DNA of 64,000 bases, from the NCBI GenBank assembly GCA_019828565.1, contig JAHDYR010000025.1, positions 868,001 to 932,000 on the forward strand. The letters run 5' to 3'. Positions 23,093 to 33,338 of this stretch are shown one piece after another (positions within the stretch are counted from its first letter, which is position 1; each line of letters opens with the position of its first letter). Made by a program: the position numbers and the translations under genes. Below the pieces are notes generated by a model. That model saw only the letters and a list, made by a program, of their open reading frames with translations. It was not told where the DNA came from and ran no database searches. This stretch comes from Carpediemonas membranifera BICM. Lineage: Eukaryota > Protista > Fornicata.

Positions 23093-23510
23093 CGCGGCGA
23101 AAATTAGCGTCGCGCTTATCGCCCTTAGACTTGGCGCGGGCCGCCAGTTCCAGGACCTCGTCGCGATCAGGCACGCCCTTCGCCTTGCAATAGTTCTCGA
23201 ACCGCTCTGCAGTAGCGTCAGTGTACACGTCCTTGATTAGAAGGTACTGGATTCTTGCAAAGAGAATGTTCCCGATCTCCTTCATCTTTGCGCCGTTCTC
23301 GATCCTATTCATGGTCTTGTATACGAATCTGGCCTCATCTTCGAGGCCGAACCTCTTTGGCATCTCCAGGAACAGTGGACGGCGAGCTGCTTCTGCTTGC
23401 TGCTCCAAAATTGCTTCCGATTGTATCTTAACCAAGCGCTCCAGCTTCTCGATACGCTTGTTAAGCTCATCGGGACTGTCTTGCGGCGGCAGGTCTTCGT
23501 TATCAGACAT
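23028..23510 (-). CDS. Family A Gag-like protein
   Basis: First ORF, directly after repeat A1. Coiled coil and basic C-terminus; similar to family B Gag (MPKRFGLEDEARF vs LPTKRPLKAEAKW). Confidence 0.7.
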   Translation of the reverse strand: MSDNEDLPPQDSPDELNKRIEKLERLVKIQSEAILEQQAEAARRPLFLEMPKRFGLEDEARFVYKTMNRIENGAKMKEIGNILFARIQYLLIKDVYTDATAERFENYCKAKGVPDRDEVLELAARAKSKGDKRDANFRRGGRAQDRGRTQTGSSGKRAHT

Positions 23511-23591
23511 CCTGCCGATGCGTTTCGAAGTGTGACCTAAAGTGCACATTGATCGGCGCGCGCAGGTGCCAGTGATGGTCCTGTGACAGGA

Positions 23592-24950
23592 GCCACCTGA
23601 CCCTCTACACTCTGTAGATCCAACGGGGGAAAGAATATTTACGCAAGAAACCCCTGTTTCGCCGCGTCAATATTCGAAGACTTACGCGCCTTCGGCTCCT
23701 AAGTAAGTCTTGGGTTTCCCTCGCGTACCGACGAGGGACGCTCTCCCGAGCGCGTTCTTACAGCCACCGGCTGCGAATCGTTCGTCATCTGGCCGCATAA
23801 ACTGCGCCGACCAATCTTGACCAATGACGCGGGCATCCGGCGATTGCCGGCCTCGCCCACGTCCCGTCGCCCTTGCGACAATGAGCTGGGGTACTACCCA
23901 ACGCCATATAACATGGCCAACTAACATATAATCACCAACCCAGAGGGGGGGGTGAGAAATTTATTCCAATGCTGAAGTTTCTCACAGCGTCGCTCCTGCG
24001 CGCTGAACAGGCATCGCCTGCGGGTTCTCGCTCCCGGCTCGTTTTTTTCGGCCGGATCAGCCATTCTCGTTCTTCTGAAGAGGATCGAGACGATCCTTGA
24101 AATTTGCGCGCCCATCGAATCCGATCGAATCGGATCAGGCAGCACGACCCGACACTCCCGGGTGTCAACTGTGACCCATGTGGTCCACGGCATCCCTTCT
24201 GCCAGGCTTGCTGGCTAGATAACACAATCATTCCAAACGGGGGGGGGGGAAGAACATTTATTGTAACCATAGAAATGTTCGCTCGGGATCTCCGCCCGGT
24301 CTGCGTCTTGCAGTGCGTCGACATCGTGCTCGCGTGTCGAAATCCAAATTTCTGCGCCACGACTGACATAAACTGCCCGAGGCATCGACACCCCAGGCGT
24401 CCACGGTTCTGTGTAGAACCCAACCCGCCAGATTTTGCTGGCCACACAACATATACACTCTTACCCAAGGGGGGTTGGACATTTATCTCTTATCTGTCCG
24501 GCGGTCTCTTCCGCCATTTCTCTTGGTCTGACTCCATTTTTCAGTCGATTGCGCCATCGATTCTCCCGGATCGAATCACCTCGATTCGTATCCGAAACTG
24601 CCACCAGATTCAACCTCTTAGCACGGCGACCCGGTCCCGCTGGGGTCTCGCCCGCGCCTCGGCACTCCAGGGTGCCCGTGAGCTCATGTGAAACTCGCTT
24701 GCAGGTAAATCCAATGGGGAGTAGAACATTTACTGGTCGTTTGAGGCTCAAACTGATCGAATGTTCGCCCGGTTCGGGTTCGGACCGGGCCGTGCGGGCA
24801 CGAAGTAAACTCGTGTTTTCGAGCTTCTGTTCTTGACTTGGCGACTCCGCGCCAAAATCGAGCGACCGAATTTTGGGTCCGCGCTCCTCGCGCCGGAGTC
24901 GTGTCGGCGCATCTACGCGCCCTCTCACTCGCAGGTAAGGTAAGGTACTC
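23592..24950 (-). repeat. Tandem array of five diverged ~250-315 bp units resembling solo YR-retroelement termini
   Basis: Each unit has CCA(A)-N-G4-11-...ATTTA (23620, 23939, 24233, 24465, 24711) followed by a hairpin, like the family A end (7362). Unit boundaries are approximate. Confidence 0.65.
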
Positions 24951-24977
24951 CCTACTTTTCAATTCCCAATATTCACC

Positions 24978-25020
24978 TGTTGCGCAGTATAAACACATTG
25001 TTTGACCCTTCAATAGCACA
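24978..25020 (+). repeat. 43-bp sequence also present at 59659..59701 and 63495..63537
   Basis: Exact TGTTGCGCAGTATAAACACATTGTTTGACCCTTCAATAGCACA at three loci. Confidence 0.9.
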
Positions 25021-25386
25021 TCACCCGAAGCCTTAAACTGCGACTGGCTGCGAATTCTCTTCACAAGCAAGTTAGACCTCACCAACCATCAAATAATACA
25101 GCATTAATCCAGTTGGAGGGTATTCCATCTTGATTTTTTGCGATTTTGTGCAAAGGCCGTCAAACTGATGTCTTGGGGAAGGTCGTGGGTGTGGGAGACC
25201 AACAATGGAACAAAAAGAAGACAGTCACGGCTCATCGCTACGCATGGGCGAGTGACTGATCGTAGCCAGCTCGGGAAGTGCCGTCTTTCATTCCTCCTGA
25301 CGCTAAGTGCACTCCCACAACCCGAATAAACTCATGTCACTCACGGTCTCCCCAGAGCTCTCAGGAATGATTCAATAAGCATAACT

Positions 25387-28300
25387 TTATACATTGCAAA
25401 TCTCCTTGAGTCCATCAATTGCCGCGACCCACTCCTCGACTTCAACCGCCGCTGCGTTGCTCGGCACGATCAAGCCTTTAGCCCCGGCCAGCTCCACCTC
25501 CTCGCACCATTGAGCAGACCAAGACCACTTACTCTCCAAAATCTTGACCAACGAGTGGTGGTTGAGGAGGTCCCGCGTGCCGGTCGACGAGGGTGCGACT
25601 CGGTGATAAAGCAGCCGAGCATCGTCCATCACGTGCATCCCATGCGCCTTTGTGACGTCAACCATCACGAGTTCGTCCGTCACGAACGGGATCTTACGAG
25701 CAGCCCACCTGCCTTGAATCCAATACGGCTTGGGTCCGTCGGCCCGGCCAGCACACATCGGTGGGGCCGCGAAGAGGGCAGTGTGCATTGCTGATGTCAT
25801 CACGCTTAGCACATTGTCTCGGAGTACCAGATTCGGGCCCAGAGCGAGGGCCATGCCGGTCTTGGGCGGGAAGATCAGGTCTGATACGGCTAGAAGCTGA
25901 TCCACTGGGCGGAGGGGCCGGCCGTACTGGCTGTCGAGGAAGGCAGGCCAACGGAACTTGCTTCGTTCAAGAGCACAAGACTTGGCATCGCACAGCTTAG
26001 TGAGGGCAGAGACGAACTGTGGCGATGCGACAAAGTCATCCACCCAGAACACCACGCGAGACTTTGAATTACTCATAATATGACTCGCCTGCGCCAGGGC
26101 CATCTCTTCAGCCGCAAACCCTGGGTGGAATAGAGCCACGTGTGGGGTAGTGGGGTCTCCGATGGTCGATGAAACCACGCCGTTGGGCAGCCGCCTAAGA
26201 TGGAGGTGCATGTTCTTCACCGACGCGAGAGTCGTCACTGCGAAGGTCAAGCCCTTGACAACGGCGAACTCCTGGGCCCGACCGGGGCCGAGCTGGACGG
26301 TATAGACGCCGGGGGCAACCTGGTGCTGGAAGTAGCCGGGGGAGTAGAGGATTGAGGCAGCTTCTGACACCACGGAGCCAGTCATGTCGATGAGTTGGAT
26401 GTCAATGGCGGAAACGGGACGTGAATCTCTGCCGATTGCGTGAGATTCGACCGCAAAGTGTGACAAAGCGTGGGCGATCACACCACTGGCTGAATCTGAC
26501 ACAGACTCCGTGTCAATGCCGTCGTTCGACTGTATATGAGTCACCCAAGCCTGTGCGACGTCCAGCTTGACTGATGTGCGGTGGCCCTTCACAGACGGCA
26601 CCGCAACCCGCTGATCGAGGCCGTAGTAGGTGTAGAAGGAGGGCAGCACGGCTGCGTTGTACTTGTTCGGGCAGGACAATGTCAGGTCGACTCTGACGAC
26701 GGAGTCAAGGTCTGCCAAGACGTTGATGATGCGTCTGCCGTGCTCGGTGAAGGGGTCAATCACACCCTTGACGATGGGGGGCGTGCCTGCCACGGGCGGG
26801 GAGACGGTGAGACGGGGGAGGTTTGCTACGGCAGAGAGGAAGCCGCGTTTCTTGGTGGCACGTTTGTATGCCTTGTATACGATCGTGTCGATCTCAGCTT
26901 TGGCGTCCTCGAGCTTGGATGGTGTAGTGAGATCGAGAATTGGTTGCATCAGATCTTCAACATATGACCGCACAGCACCCGTAATTGTCCCAGATCTAAG
27001 CGATCCAGCATCAGATTCAGTCAAATCCATCCCGAATCCAGCGATCGAGAGGTGGAACTCGGCATGGGCGACCCTCGGCAGCGCCTTGAGCCGCTCACCG
27101 TCGAAGCCCACAGTCTCCACGCCCAGGGCCATCGCTAGGCTATCAGCGTCCACATCTTCGCCGTCGAGGCCGGCCGTCCAAGCAAGCGCCTGGACGAAGG
27201 CGGCTGGCCCCATGACTCGGATGGAGTCGTCGGCGTGGGCGAGGAGCTGCTCGAGCATCCGGGGCACACGTGTGGGGGCGGCAGTGTTGGCGAAGGACAC
27301 ACGGACGTCAGTGACCTCGTCGAGGGGCTGGGCGTCGAATACACCGCGTACGACGGCGATTGCGAGTCGGGCCGCGCCGTAACGAGTCATAGAATCGTGG
27401 GAGGCGAAGGGGGCGGCGACGTTGATGTGAAGAGGCGGGGTGGATGCCTTGGAGTCGGGCATGGAGAGCTGTGCGGGGAGGATGTCGTGGACTTGTTCTT
27501 CGGATCGATCAAATATCGAAGATACGGGATGATATTTGGATACGATTTCAGGTTTGATCTGGGGCAACGAGAAGACGGAGCTGAGGAAGCAGAGGCTGCC
27601 CTCGCACGCCACGGCGTCGAGCATGGCGTCCGTCAACACGCCGCTCTTCACCATCGACGAAAGAAGGTTGATTTCACGACTGACGGCGTCAAACGTTTCA
27701 GTCTCGATAGGTCTCTCACTGCTAGCGACGACGCGGCCATTGATGACGGCGACAGGGCCCCGGGCGACCTCGTCGTTGAGACCGAGGTCACGCGTCGCCT
27801 CTGCCATGGCGCGGAGCTCGCGAGAGATGGCTGAGGAGTGCGCGCGCTCGGCCAAGATATCCTCGTTGATCGAGTCAGGCCTGTTGAATCTTGTGATGAG
27901 ATCGGATACAGCATCCGAGATCATCATTTCATCAATCTCAACATGGTCTGATTCAGCGTGGCCGTAGAGGATCGAGGCCCACGTGAAAGCCGTATTTGTA
28001 TCAATAACATCAGATATGGCCAGGAAATATCTTGAAACCATTTCGCCCATGGGGTTCGAAGCCGAGGTATGTCCAACGGTCTCAAACGCCGAATCAAAGC
28101 CCAGATCGTCTGTCACGGCATGCATTCTTGACTCGCCTCTGAGTCGAGGAACTCCACCCACCTCGAACAAGGAGTCGGGCTCAGTCAGTGGGTTCTCTAG
28201 CCCCGACGAGAACACCAGGCCCAGATGCCACGGGGGCGAGCGTTTGAAAATGTTATAAATCTGAGCGAGGGAGGAGAGGCCTGTGGCCGACTTGGGGTCA

Positions 28301-29463
28301 ACGAAGAGGACGACGTTCATGGCGTTACGGCGGATGGGATGAGTGTTGTCGAGGTGTTTGATCGACGTGGGGGCGCGCCGGTATGCCATACTGGTTTCAA
28401 CATCAATCTCCCAACGAATGGCGGTCTCGAAGGGTCTAAAGTCGAGTCGAGTCGGGTCGAGTCGGATATGAGGTCTACAGTCGGCCAGACCCGCGAGGGC
28501 GCAGTAGTTGTCGAGGGCGACTTCCTCAGTCACCTCTTGCAGGATGTCGTGCATGGTCGCGGTGTAATGGTCCAATGCGACGCCGTTGATCGAGAGGGAC
28601 TCGACCGGCTTGGGCATTTGTGTCATGGGCATCTTTGTGTTCCGAATTGTCCTAAGCATCCGGGGGAAGCTGTTGATAACGTCTCTGACGGCGTAGATGT
28701 CCGACTTCTGCTGATAAAAGTACGCCAGCGCCTTGTTCGCGTCAGCAGTGTTCCCGTCAAGCAGCACTTCGTCGTCAGTCGGAGTCATGCCCCTCGGGGT
28801 CCACGGTTCAAAGAAACTCAGGGGTCTAGCACCGGCAGAGGGGGCCTCAGGTGCCGGGCAGAAGGCAGAAAGTCCAGTGGTGTCGTTCAAGTGGGGCTGG
28901 GTGTCTGCCACGATCGACCACACGCCGAAACCCGTCGTCGGCATGTCGACTGGGTCAGCGAATGAGCATAGGATAATGATATCCGCCCCAGCGGCGGGCA
29001 CACCGCGCAAGTCAGTGAATAGGACGCGGGTAGACCCGTGGATGTCGTCGGCATGGAGTGCTATGCCCAGGGTGAGCAACTCGGTGAGGTCATCGGGCGA
29101 CAGTGACTGGAGAGAGGTGAAGGTCACGCCCTTCTGCTTGGCATACGCCGTGCTTGAGGAGAGAAGGGGGGCGTAGGTGTGGGCCTGCAGGTGGGCTGAG
29201 ATAGTGGCGATTGTGCCTTCGGAAAGAGCAAGTTGAGTGTTCATTGAGGAAATGAGCGCCTCGTCGTCAATTTCGCCCGCATTAGACGCAATCTCTATAC
29301 ATGCAGTGAATTTGGTGGGCTGGATGAAGGAAATCGCCGCACAATACTCCAATCTCGGCGAGGTGTGGGTTTCTGGGAGGAAAACGGAAACACCAACCTT
29401 GCAGGAAGCCAGAGCGGTGATAGCGAGCAGAATCAGCAGTGCGAAGCTATTCACACGAGCCAT
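25387..29463 (-). CDS. UDP-glucose:glycoprotein glucosyltransferase-like protein (degenerate GT24 domain)
   Basis: Signal peptide, 1358 aa, VIDPFT, GYFQ..PGVY, FRWPAFL, DLIFP, PMC...YW..G.W and W.W...WC match the UGGT layout. Confidence 0.75.
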   Translation of the reverse strand: MARVNSFALLILLAITALASCKVGVSVFLPETHTSPRLEYCAAISFIQPTKFTACIEIASNAGEIDDEALISSMNTQLALSEGTIATISAHLQAHTYAPLLSSSTAYAKQKGVTFTSLQSLSPDDLTELLTLGIALHADDIHGSTRVLFTDLRGVPAAGADIIILCSFADPVDMPTTGFGVWSIVADTQPHLNDTTGLSAFCPAPEAPSAGARPLSFFEPWTPRGMTPTDDEVLLDGNTADANKALAYFYQQKSDIYAVRDVINSFPRMLRTIRNTKMPMTQMPKPVESLSINGVALDHYTATMHDILQEVTEEVALDNYCALAGLADCRPHIRLDPTRLDFRPFETAIRWEIDVETSMAYRRAPTSIKHLDNTHPIRRNAMNVVLFVDPKSATGLSSLAQIYNIFKRSPPWHLGLVFSSGLENPLTEPDSLFEVGGVPRLRGESRMHAVTDDLGFDSAFETVGHTSASNPMGEMVSRYFLAISDVIDTNTAFTWASILYGHAESDHVEIDEMMISDAVSDLITRFNRPDSINEDILAERAHSSAISRELRAMAEATRDLGLNDEVARGPVAVINGRVVASSERPIETETFDAVSREINLLSSMVKSGVLTDAMLDAVACEGSLCFLSSVFSLPQIKPEIVSKYHPVSSIFDRSEEQVHDILPAQLSMPDSKASTPPLHINVAAPFASHDSMTRYGAARLAIAVVRGVFDAQPLDEVTDVRVSFANTAAPTRVPRMLEQLLAHADDSIRVMGPAAFVQALAWTAGLDGEDVDADSLAMALGVETVGFDGERLKALPRVAHAEFHLSIAGFGMDLTESDAGSLRSGTITGAVRSYVEDLMQPILDLTTPSKLEDAKAEIDTIVYKAYKRATKKRGFLSAVANLPRLTVSPPVAGTPPIVKGVIDPFTEHGRRIINVLADLDSVVRVDLTLSCPNKYNAAVLPSFYTYYGLDQRVAVPSVKGHRTSVKLDVAQAWVTHIQSNDGIDTESVSDSASGVIAHALSHFAVESHAIGRDSRPVSAIDIQLIDMTGSVVSEAASILYSPGYFQHQVAPGVYTVQLGPGRAQEFAVVKGLTFAVTTLASVKNMHLHLRRLPNGVVSSTIGDPTTPHVALFHPGFAAEEMALAQASHIMSNSKSRVVFWVDDFVASPQFVSALTKLCDAKSCALERSKFRWPAFLDSQYGRPLRPVDQLLAVSDLIFPPKTGMALALGPNLVLRDNVLSVMTSAMHTALFAAPPMCAGRADGPKPYWIQGRWAARKIPFVTDELVMVDVTKAHGMHVMDDARLLYHRVAPSSTGTRDLLNHHSLVKILESKWSWSAQWCEEVELAGAKGLIVPSNAAAVEVEEWVAAIDGLKEICNV

Positions 29464-30189
29464 TGTGCTGCGAGGTGTCTGCTTGAAGGCGTGTCGTCGA
29501 TGCGAGCCGTATACATTTGGAGAAATGTATACGATTAAGTGAGGGAAATTTGTTCAGCTCGCCAACAAACGGCCCCATGGTCACAGACGGTTAGTAATCG
29601 TTTCATCGCCTTATTTAGACAAATCGTCTGGTTCTGGAGAGCCTGCGCTGTTTTCGTTCTTCACGCACGATCAGCTCATCAACAGTGAGCTAGAACGATC
29701 GCACGGCGTCGAGAGCGGGACAACAGTTCCAAAACATGTAATAGTAGATCAAGCACAAGTGGAACTTGCTGCCCAAAACCGTAGCATTCCAATCAACATT
29801 GATTTTGAACGGCTGCACCTTCTTTTGAAGGTTCAAGGGCGTCTCTCCTGACACATGAGTATTTTGCTCCATAGACCATAGCTAAGGAAGCATACAACAG
29901 CACGCAACGCGACTATATTACTTTGAGTCCTCGTCAGCATTCCGCGCGTTGACCTCTGGGTGTCGAAGATAGCAAGCGACGACGAGACGGTGGCACCAGC
30001 GTTAATACCAGCATCTTGTGTTTCGCGAGAAATAAATAGTACTTACCCACCCCTTCCCCTCCCTGTACACCCCCAGAACCGCGAACGAGATCAAAGATTC
30101 CGTCGATGACGCAGGAAGACCGATTCGATATCAAGCAAAACATTTCAATAATCGAATAATCTCAGCCTACCCATCATTTAATCGCTCCC

Positions 30190-31227
30190 TTAGTTCTTTC
30201 TATGCACAATAGAGGGCCCCACCTCGTCGTAATCCCTTTTCGTCAGGGCAACCTGGGAGAAGCTCTTCAGACTCGCAAGGATCGACCCGCCCAGCCACAC
30301 GGCCTCGCCCCTGTCAGGAGGGCACAGGATGCATGTGTCGGGGTGGGGGATGCGTGCGAGGACCTCCGCCTCGAGTCTGTCCGGGATGTCCTTGATCATG
30401 GAGCCTCCGCCGCAAATCGAAATCGACTTGACAAGTTCTGAGCGGTAGTCGCTGGGAGCAGCCATGTACGCTGCATGGACGAGGTCGTCGATCCCTATTA
30501 TGTTCTTACCCAGCCCGTTTACCCTGCTGGGGGTGAACAACGCCTCGCCGGCCTCGGCGTGGGCTGATTTCACAGTCAGGACGGTGTCATCGGGCAGGGT
30601 GAAGGTACGCTCAGTGTGGGCGGTCTGGGACATGTCCAGGGGCGTGGCGGGGCACAGAGCAAGGCGTTCTTTCACTGTTCGGGCGATGTCGACGGTGATG
30701 GTGTTAAGCGTTGGGTTGGCGTTTGTAAGAAGGCGCAACACAAGCTCTGTGATGTCCTCACCCCCCACCGGGGTCTCCTTGGCGGCAGTTTGGATGGGAT
30801 AGCCGTCGTAGATAGGGATTGCCCTGGTCGTGTTGCAGCCAACGTCCACGACGATGCCAGAGGCGCGGCCCGTGCCATAGAGGGCAAGACACGCGTCGAG
30901 GTGGCTGAACATGGACGTGACGTTGTAAGTCTCGAACATTAGCTGCGTGACGAGCTCGCGCTGGCGGTTTGATATGCTGAGCGGCTCCGAAAGGACAACA
31001 GTCTGGCCGGAGGGGGAGATGTCGAGGGATTTGAAAATGTTGGCATAGAGAGTTTCGAGCTGTTCCCTGGAAAACTCGCCTTCGGGAAGATAGGCAGCAT
31101 TTTGAAGCTCCAGAAGCTCCACGGCGCGGTAAGCTTCAGGAGAGGACAGTTTGCTGGCATCACCAGACAATCCAGCCTTAACAGAGTATTTTCCAACATC
31201 GATCACAATGGTTTGCGAGTCCGTCAT
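30190..31227 (-). CDS. Actin-related protein (divergent)
   Basis: IVIDVG...KAG, MFETYNV, GIVVDVG, PIYDGY, GGGSM, VWLGGSILASL, YDEVGPSIVHRK. Confidence 0.92.
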   Translation of the reverse strand: MTDSQTIVIDVGKYSVKAGLSGDASKLSSPEAYRAVELLELQNAAYLPEGEFSREQLETLYANIFKSLDISPSGQTVVLSEPLSISNRQRELVTQLMFETYNVTSMFSHLDACLALYGTGRASGIVVDVGCNTTRAIPIYDGYPIQTAAKETPVGGEDITELVLRLLTNANPTLNTITVDIARTVKERLALCPATPLDMSQTAHTERTFTLPDDTVLTVKSAHAEAGEALFTPSRVNGLGKNIIGIDDLVHAAYMAAPSDYRSELVKSISICGGGSMIKDIPDRLEAEVLARIPHPDTCILCPPDRGEAVWLGGSILASLKSFSQVALTKRDYDEVGPSIVHRKN

Positions 31228-31255
31228 TCCTCTGCAAAGCACTGCGCTTCAAATG

Positions 31256-31267
31256 GCATAAACTGCG
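31256..31267. promoter_or_regulatory. Candidate core-promoter motif GCATAAACTGCG
   Basis: ~30 bp upstream of the actin-like ATG. Recurs at 16116, 19793, 23795 and (reverse complement, last base different) 48041, each within ~40 bp of an ATG. Confidence 0.5.
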
Positions 31268-31307
31268 AAAGCCAAGACTGAGGTCTCGATACAATAAGAG
31301 TCTTTAC

Positions 31308-33338
31308 TGCTTGCACTGTGCACTCTATGATACTTCATTACCCCTTCCCGCTCTCCATTCCTTCTTCTTGAGAGTGATATTTCGATAGTCAGTCATCATC
31401 GTCGGGGGTCATCAATCAGTGCTTCTCCAGTCCAGTACTTTCACACTTGCCTTCTGTCATACATCGCCGCGTGTTGCCACCACGCCAATCTCTCCTTGCC
31501 CGTGCATGACCAGGCTCTGCACCAGGCCATCGTTATCGTCGCCTACCGACGAAGTGGAGAGTACCGAAACCTCGCCGCCGACTCACTCGTCGACCGCTTC
31601 CTGGGCGCGAAAAAATACGCCGCAGTTCGGCAGGTTGTCACCTCAATAGCCGAGATGCCACTGTGGCATGGCGAGTTCATCATCCGCCTCTGCACCGCCC
31701 TCAGGGCAGCTCGTCAACAGTGCCCTCGCGAGTTCGACGTGTGGCTGGGCGAATATGCCACGAGCACCAAGCTGTGGCTCGTCAATGCCCTTGAAGGTTA
31801 CTGCTTGCGCCTGGCGAAGATCATCACTCGGGTCGACACTGCCCTGACTCAGCGTGATCCAGACGTGCCCCGGGACGACATCACCCGGTTGCGCACCGAA
31901 CAACGCGCTGTCAAGGCGATCGTTGATGAGCACCTTGCAAAGATCTCAACTCCGGGACGAGTCGACGAGGGCGTTCTACTCACGCTGCCCTGCGTCTGGC
32001 GGATCTCCGCGGCTCTGGGAGAGCTCACGGATATGGTTGCGGCATTCAACACCGCCCATCCACCTCTTCCGGGTGACAAGCCGCTGGCTGGCCCCAAGCT
32101 TGTTCCGCTTGTCCCGATGGCTCCGATCCGCCCCGGGTTCATGCACGTTCCCTGTTCTCTCAACGTGCTGAACCCGGCTTGGCTTGCCCAACTTGGGGTC
32201 GACCCGGAGCATCACGCCACTGAGCGCATGACGCGAGAGCAGCTGGAGGCTCTTCCTCCGAACATCCGTCGGGTGCTGTCTGTCAAGACAGATGGGGTCG
32301 CCGTGGACCTCACGGTCCAAGTTGGTGCTCTGCCATACGTCAGCAGACGTGCCAGTGGCAACCCGACGATGAAGCGAAAGGCTCGGGAGCGTCTGGGTGT
32401 GGATGACGCAGATGCTCGCCCCGCGCCAGACCCCGATGCCCACCTCATGGGTTTCGACCCGGGTGCTCGGGCTCTGGGTGGATTCTTCATCCGCCACCCA
32501 GATGGCACCACCAGCTCCGGTGTGGTCCCGAAGTGTGGGTACACCAAGACCCCCAGCTTCGCGTTCGATATGACTCCTGCGTCATTCAAAAGTACAAATC
32601 TAGATACTCTACAAAACTCGATTAGGTTTGTGCTCCTCCACGAGCAGGAAATATTCGACGCTGGGATGGTCAAGAGCTTCCGCAGAGTGCGCCTGACGAA
32701 CCACATCTTGCGTCAAAAGCACTTCCACAGAGCTGGGGAGCAGCTTGCTCGCACCCTAGGATGGACTCCTCGGCGACTCCCTCGCAGTATTGCCCCTCCC
32801 CGGGCAGCCCCCCACCAGGCTGGTTGTCTTCTACGGAAGCGCTAGATTCAAGACGCCCCGTCGGGTGCATCCATGCGCGCCGTATGGTCGCTTTGCAAAA
32901 TCACTACCACACATCATGAGAGCTTTCAACATCACTGCTGAAGTGCGGATGACTAACGAGTTCCGAACCTCACTCGTCTGCCCCTTCTGCCGCGCGAGGT
33001 TCCGTAGAACTCGCTACACGAGGCGCACGATGCGATGCCACAACCCGAATTGTCAAGGTGCTCCATGGTACAGACAGCAACGCCTCAATTCCGATCCTAC
33101 TACCACCACTTGGCTCAATCTCTCCCACAGAGACAAGACTGCTGCACAGAACATCTTGGATTGCGGCCTCATGACGGATGCACAGTATCAAGCCAGTGCT
33201 TTCAGAAATCCAGCCCGTCTTCCCAACTATAACCCCAATACACCAATTACGGCTAACCAGCCGCTAGTCTTCGCCTCCGGGCAAGCTAATTGAAGTGGAG
33301 AGACGCAGTGCTTGCACTGTGCACTCTATGATACTTCA
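31308..33338 (+). mobile_element. Fanzor/TnpB-family element bounded by 30-bp direct repeats
   Basis: TGCTTGCACTGTGCACTCTATGATACTTCA at 31308..31337 and 33309..33338, enclosing the RuvC ORF. Confidence 0.75.
31331..33293 (+). CDS. Fanzor (eukaryotic TnpB-like RNA-guided RuvC nuclease), one frameshift, start unclear
   Basis: KTDGVAV; RuvC-I MGFDPG; VVFYG; RuvC-II NEFRTS; CPFC...CHNPNC zinc finger; RuvC-III HRDKTAAQNI. An extra C at 32808-32813 splits the ORF. Frame is open from 31331. Confidence 0.85.

Larger units (their letters stand above)
19909..23591 (-). mobile_element. YR retrotransposon family A, copy 2 (near complete; split direct repeats A1...B1-A2-spacer-B2)
   Basis: A1 23511..23591 = A2 20048..20128 (81 bp). 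B1 20129..20185. B2 starts at 19909 and lacks its first 16 bp, where element B abuts. Confidence 0.92.

Noticed and set aside
3887-32845. Programmed ribosomal frameshifting at the many frame breaks
   Set aside because: Nearly all are single-base changes in homopolymers, and one differs between otherwise identical copies (~7930 vs ~20508). Sequencing error is more parsimonious.
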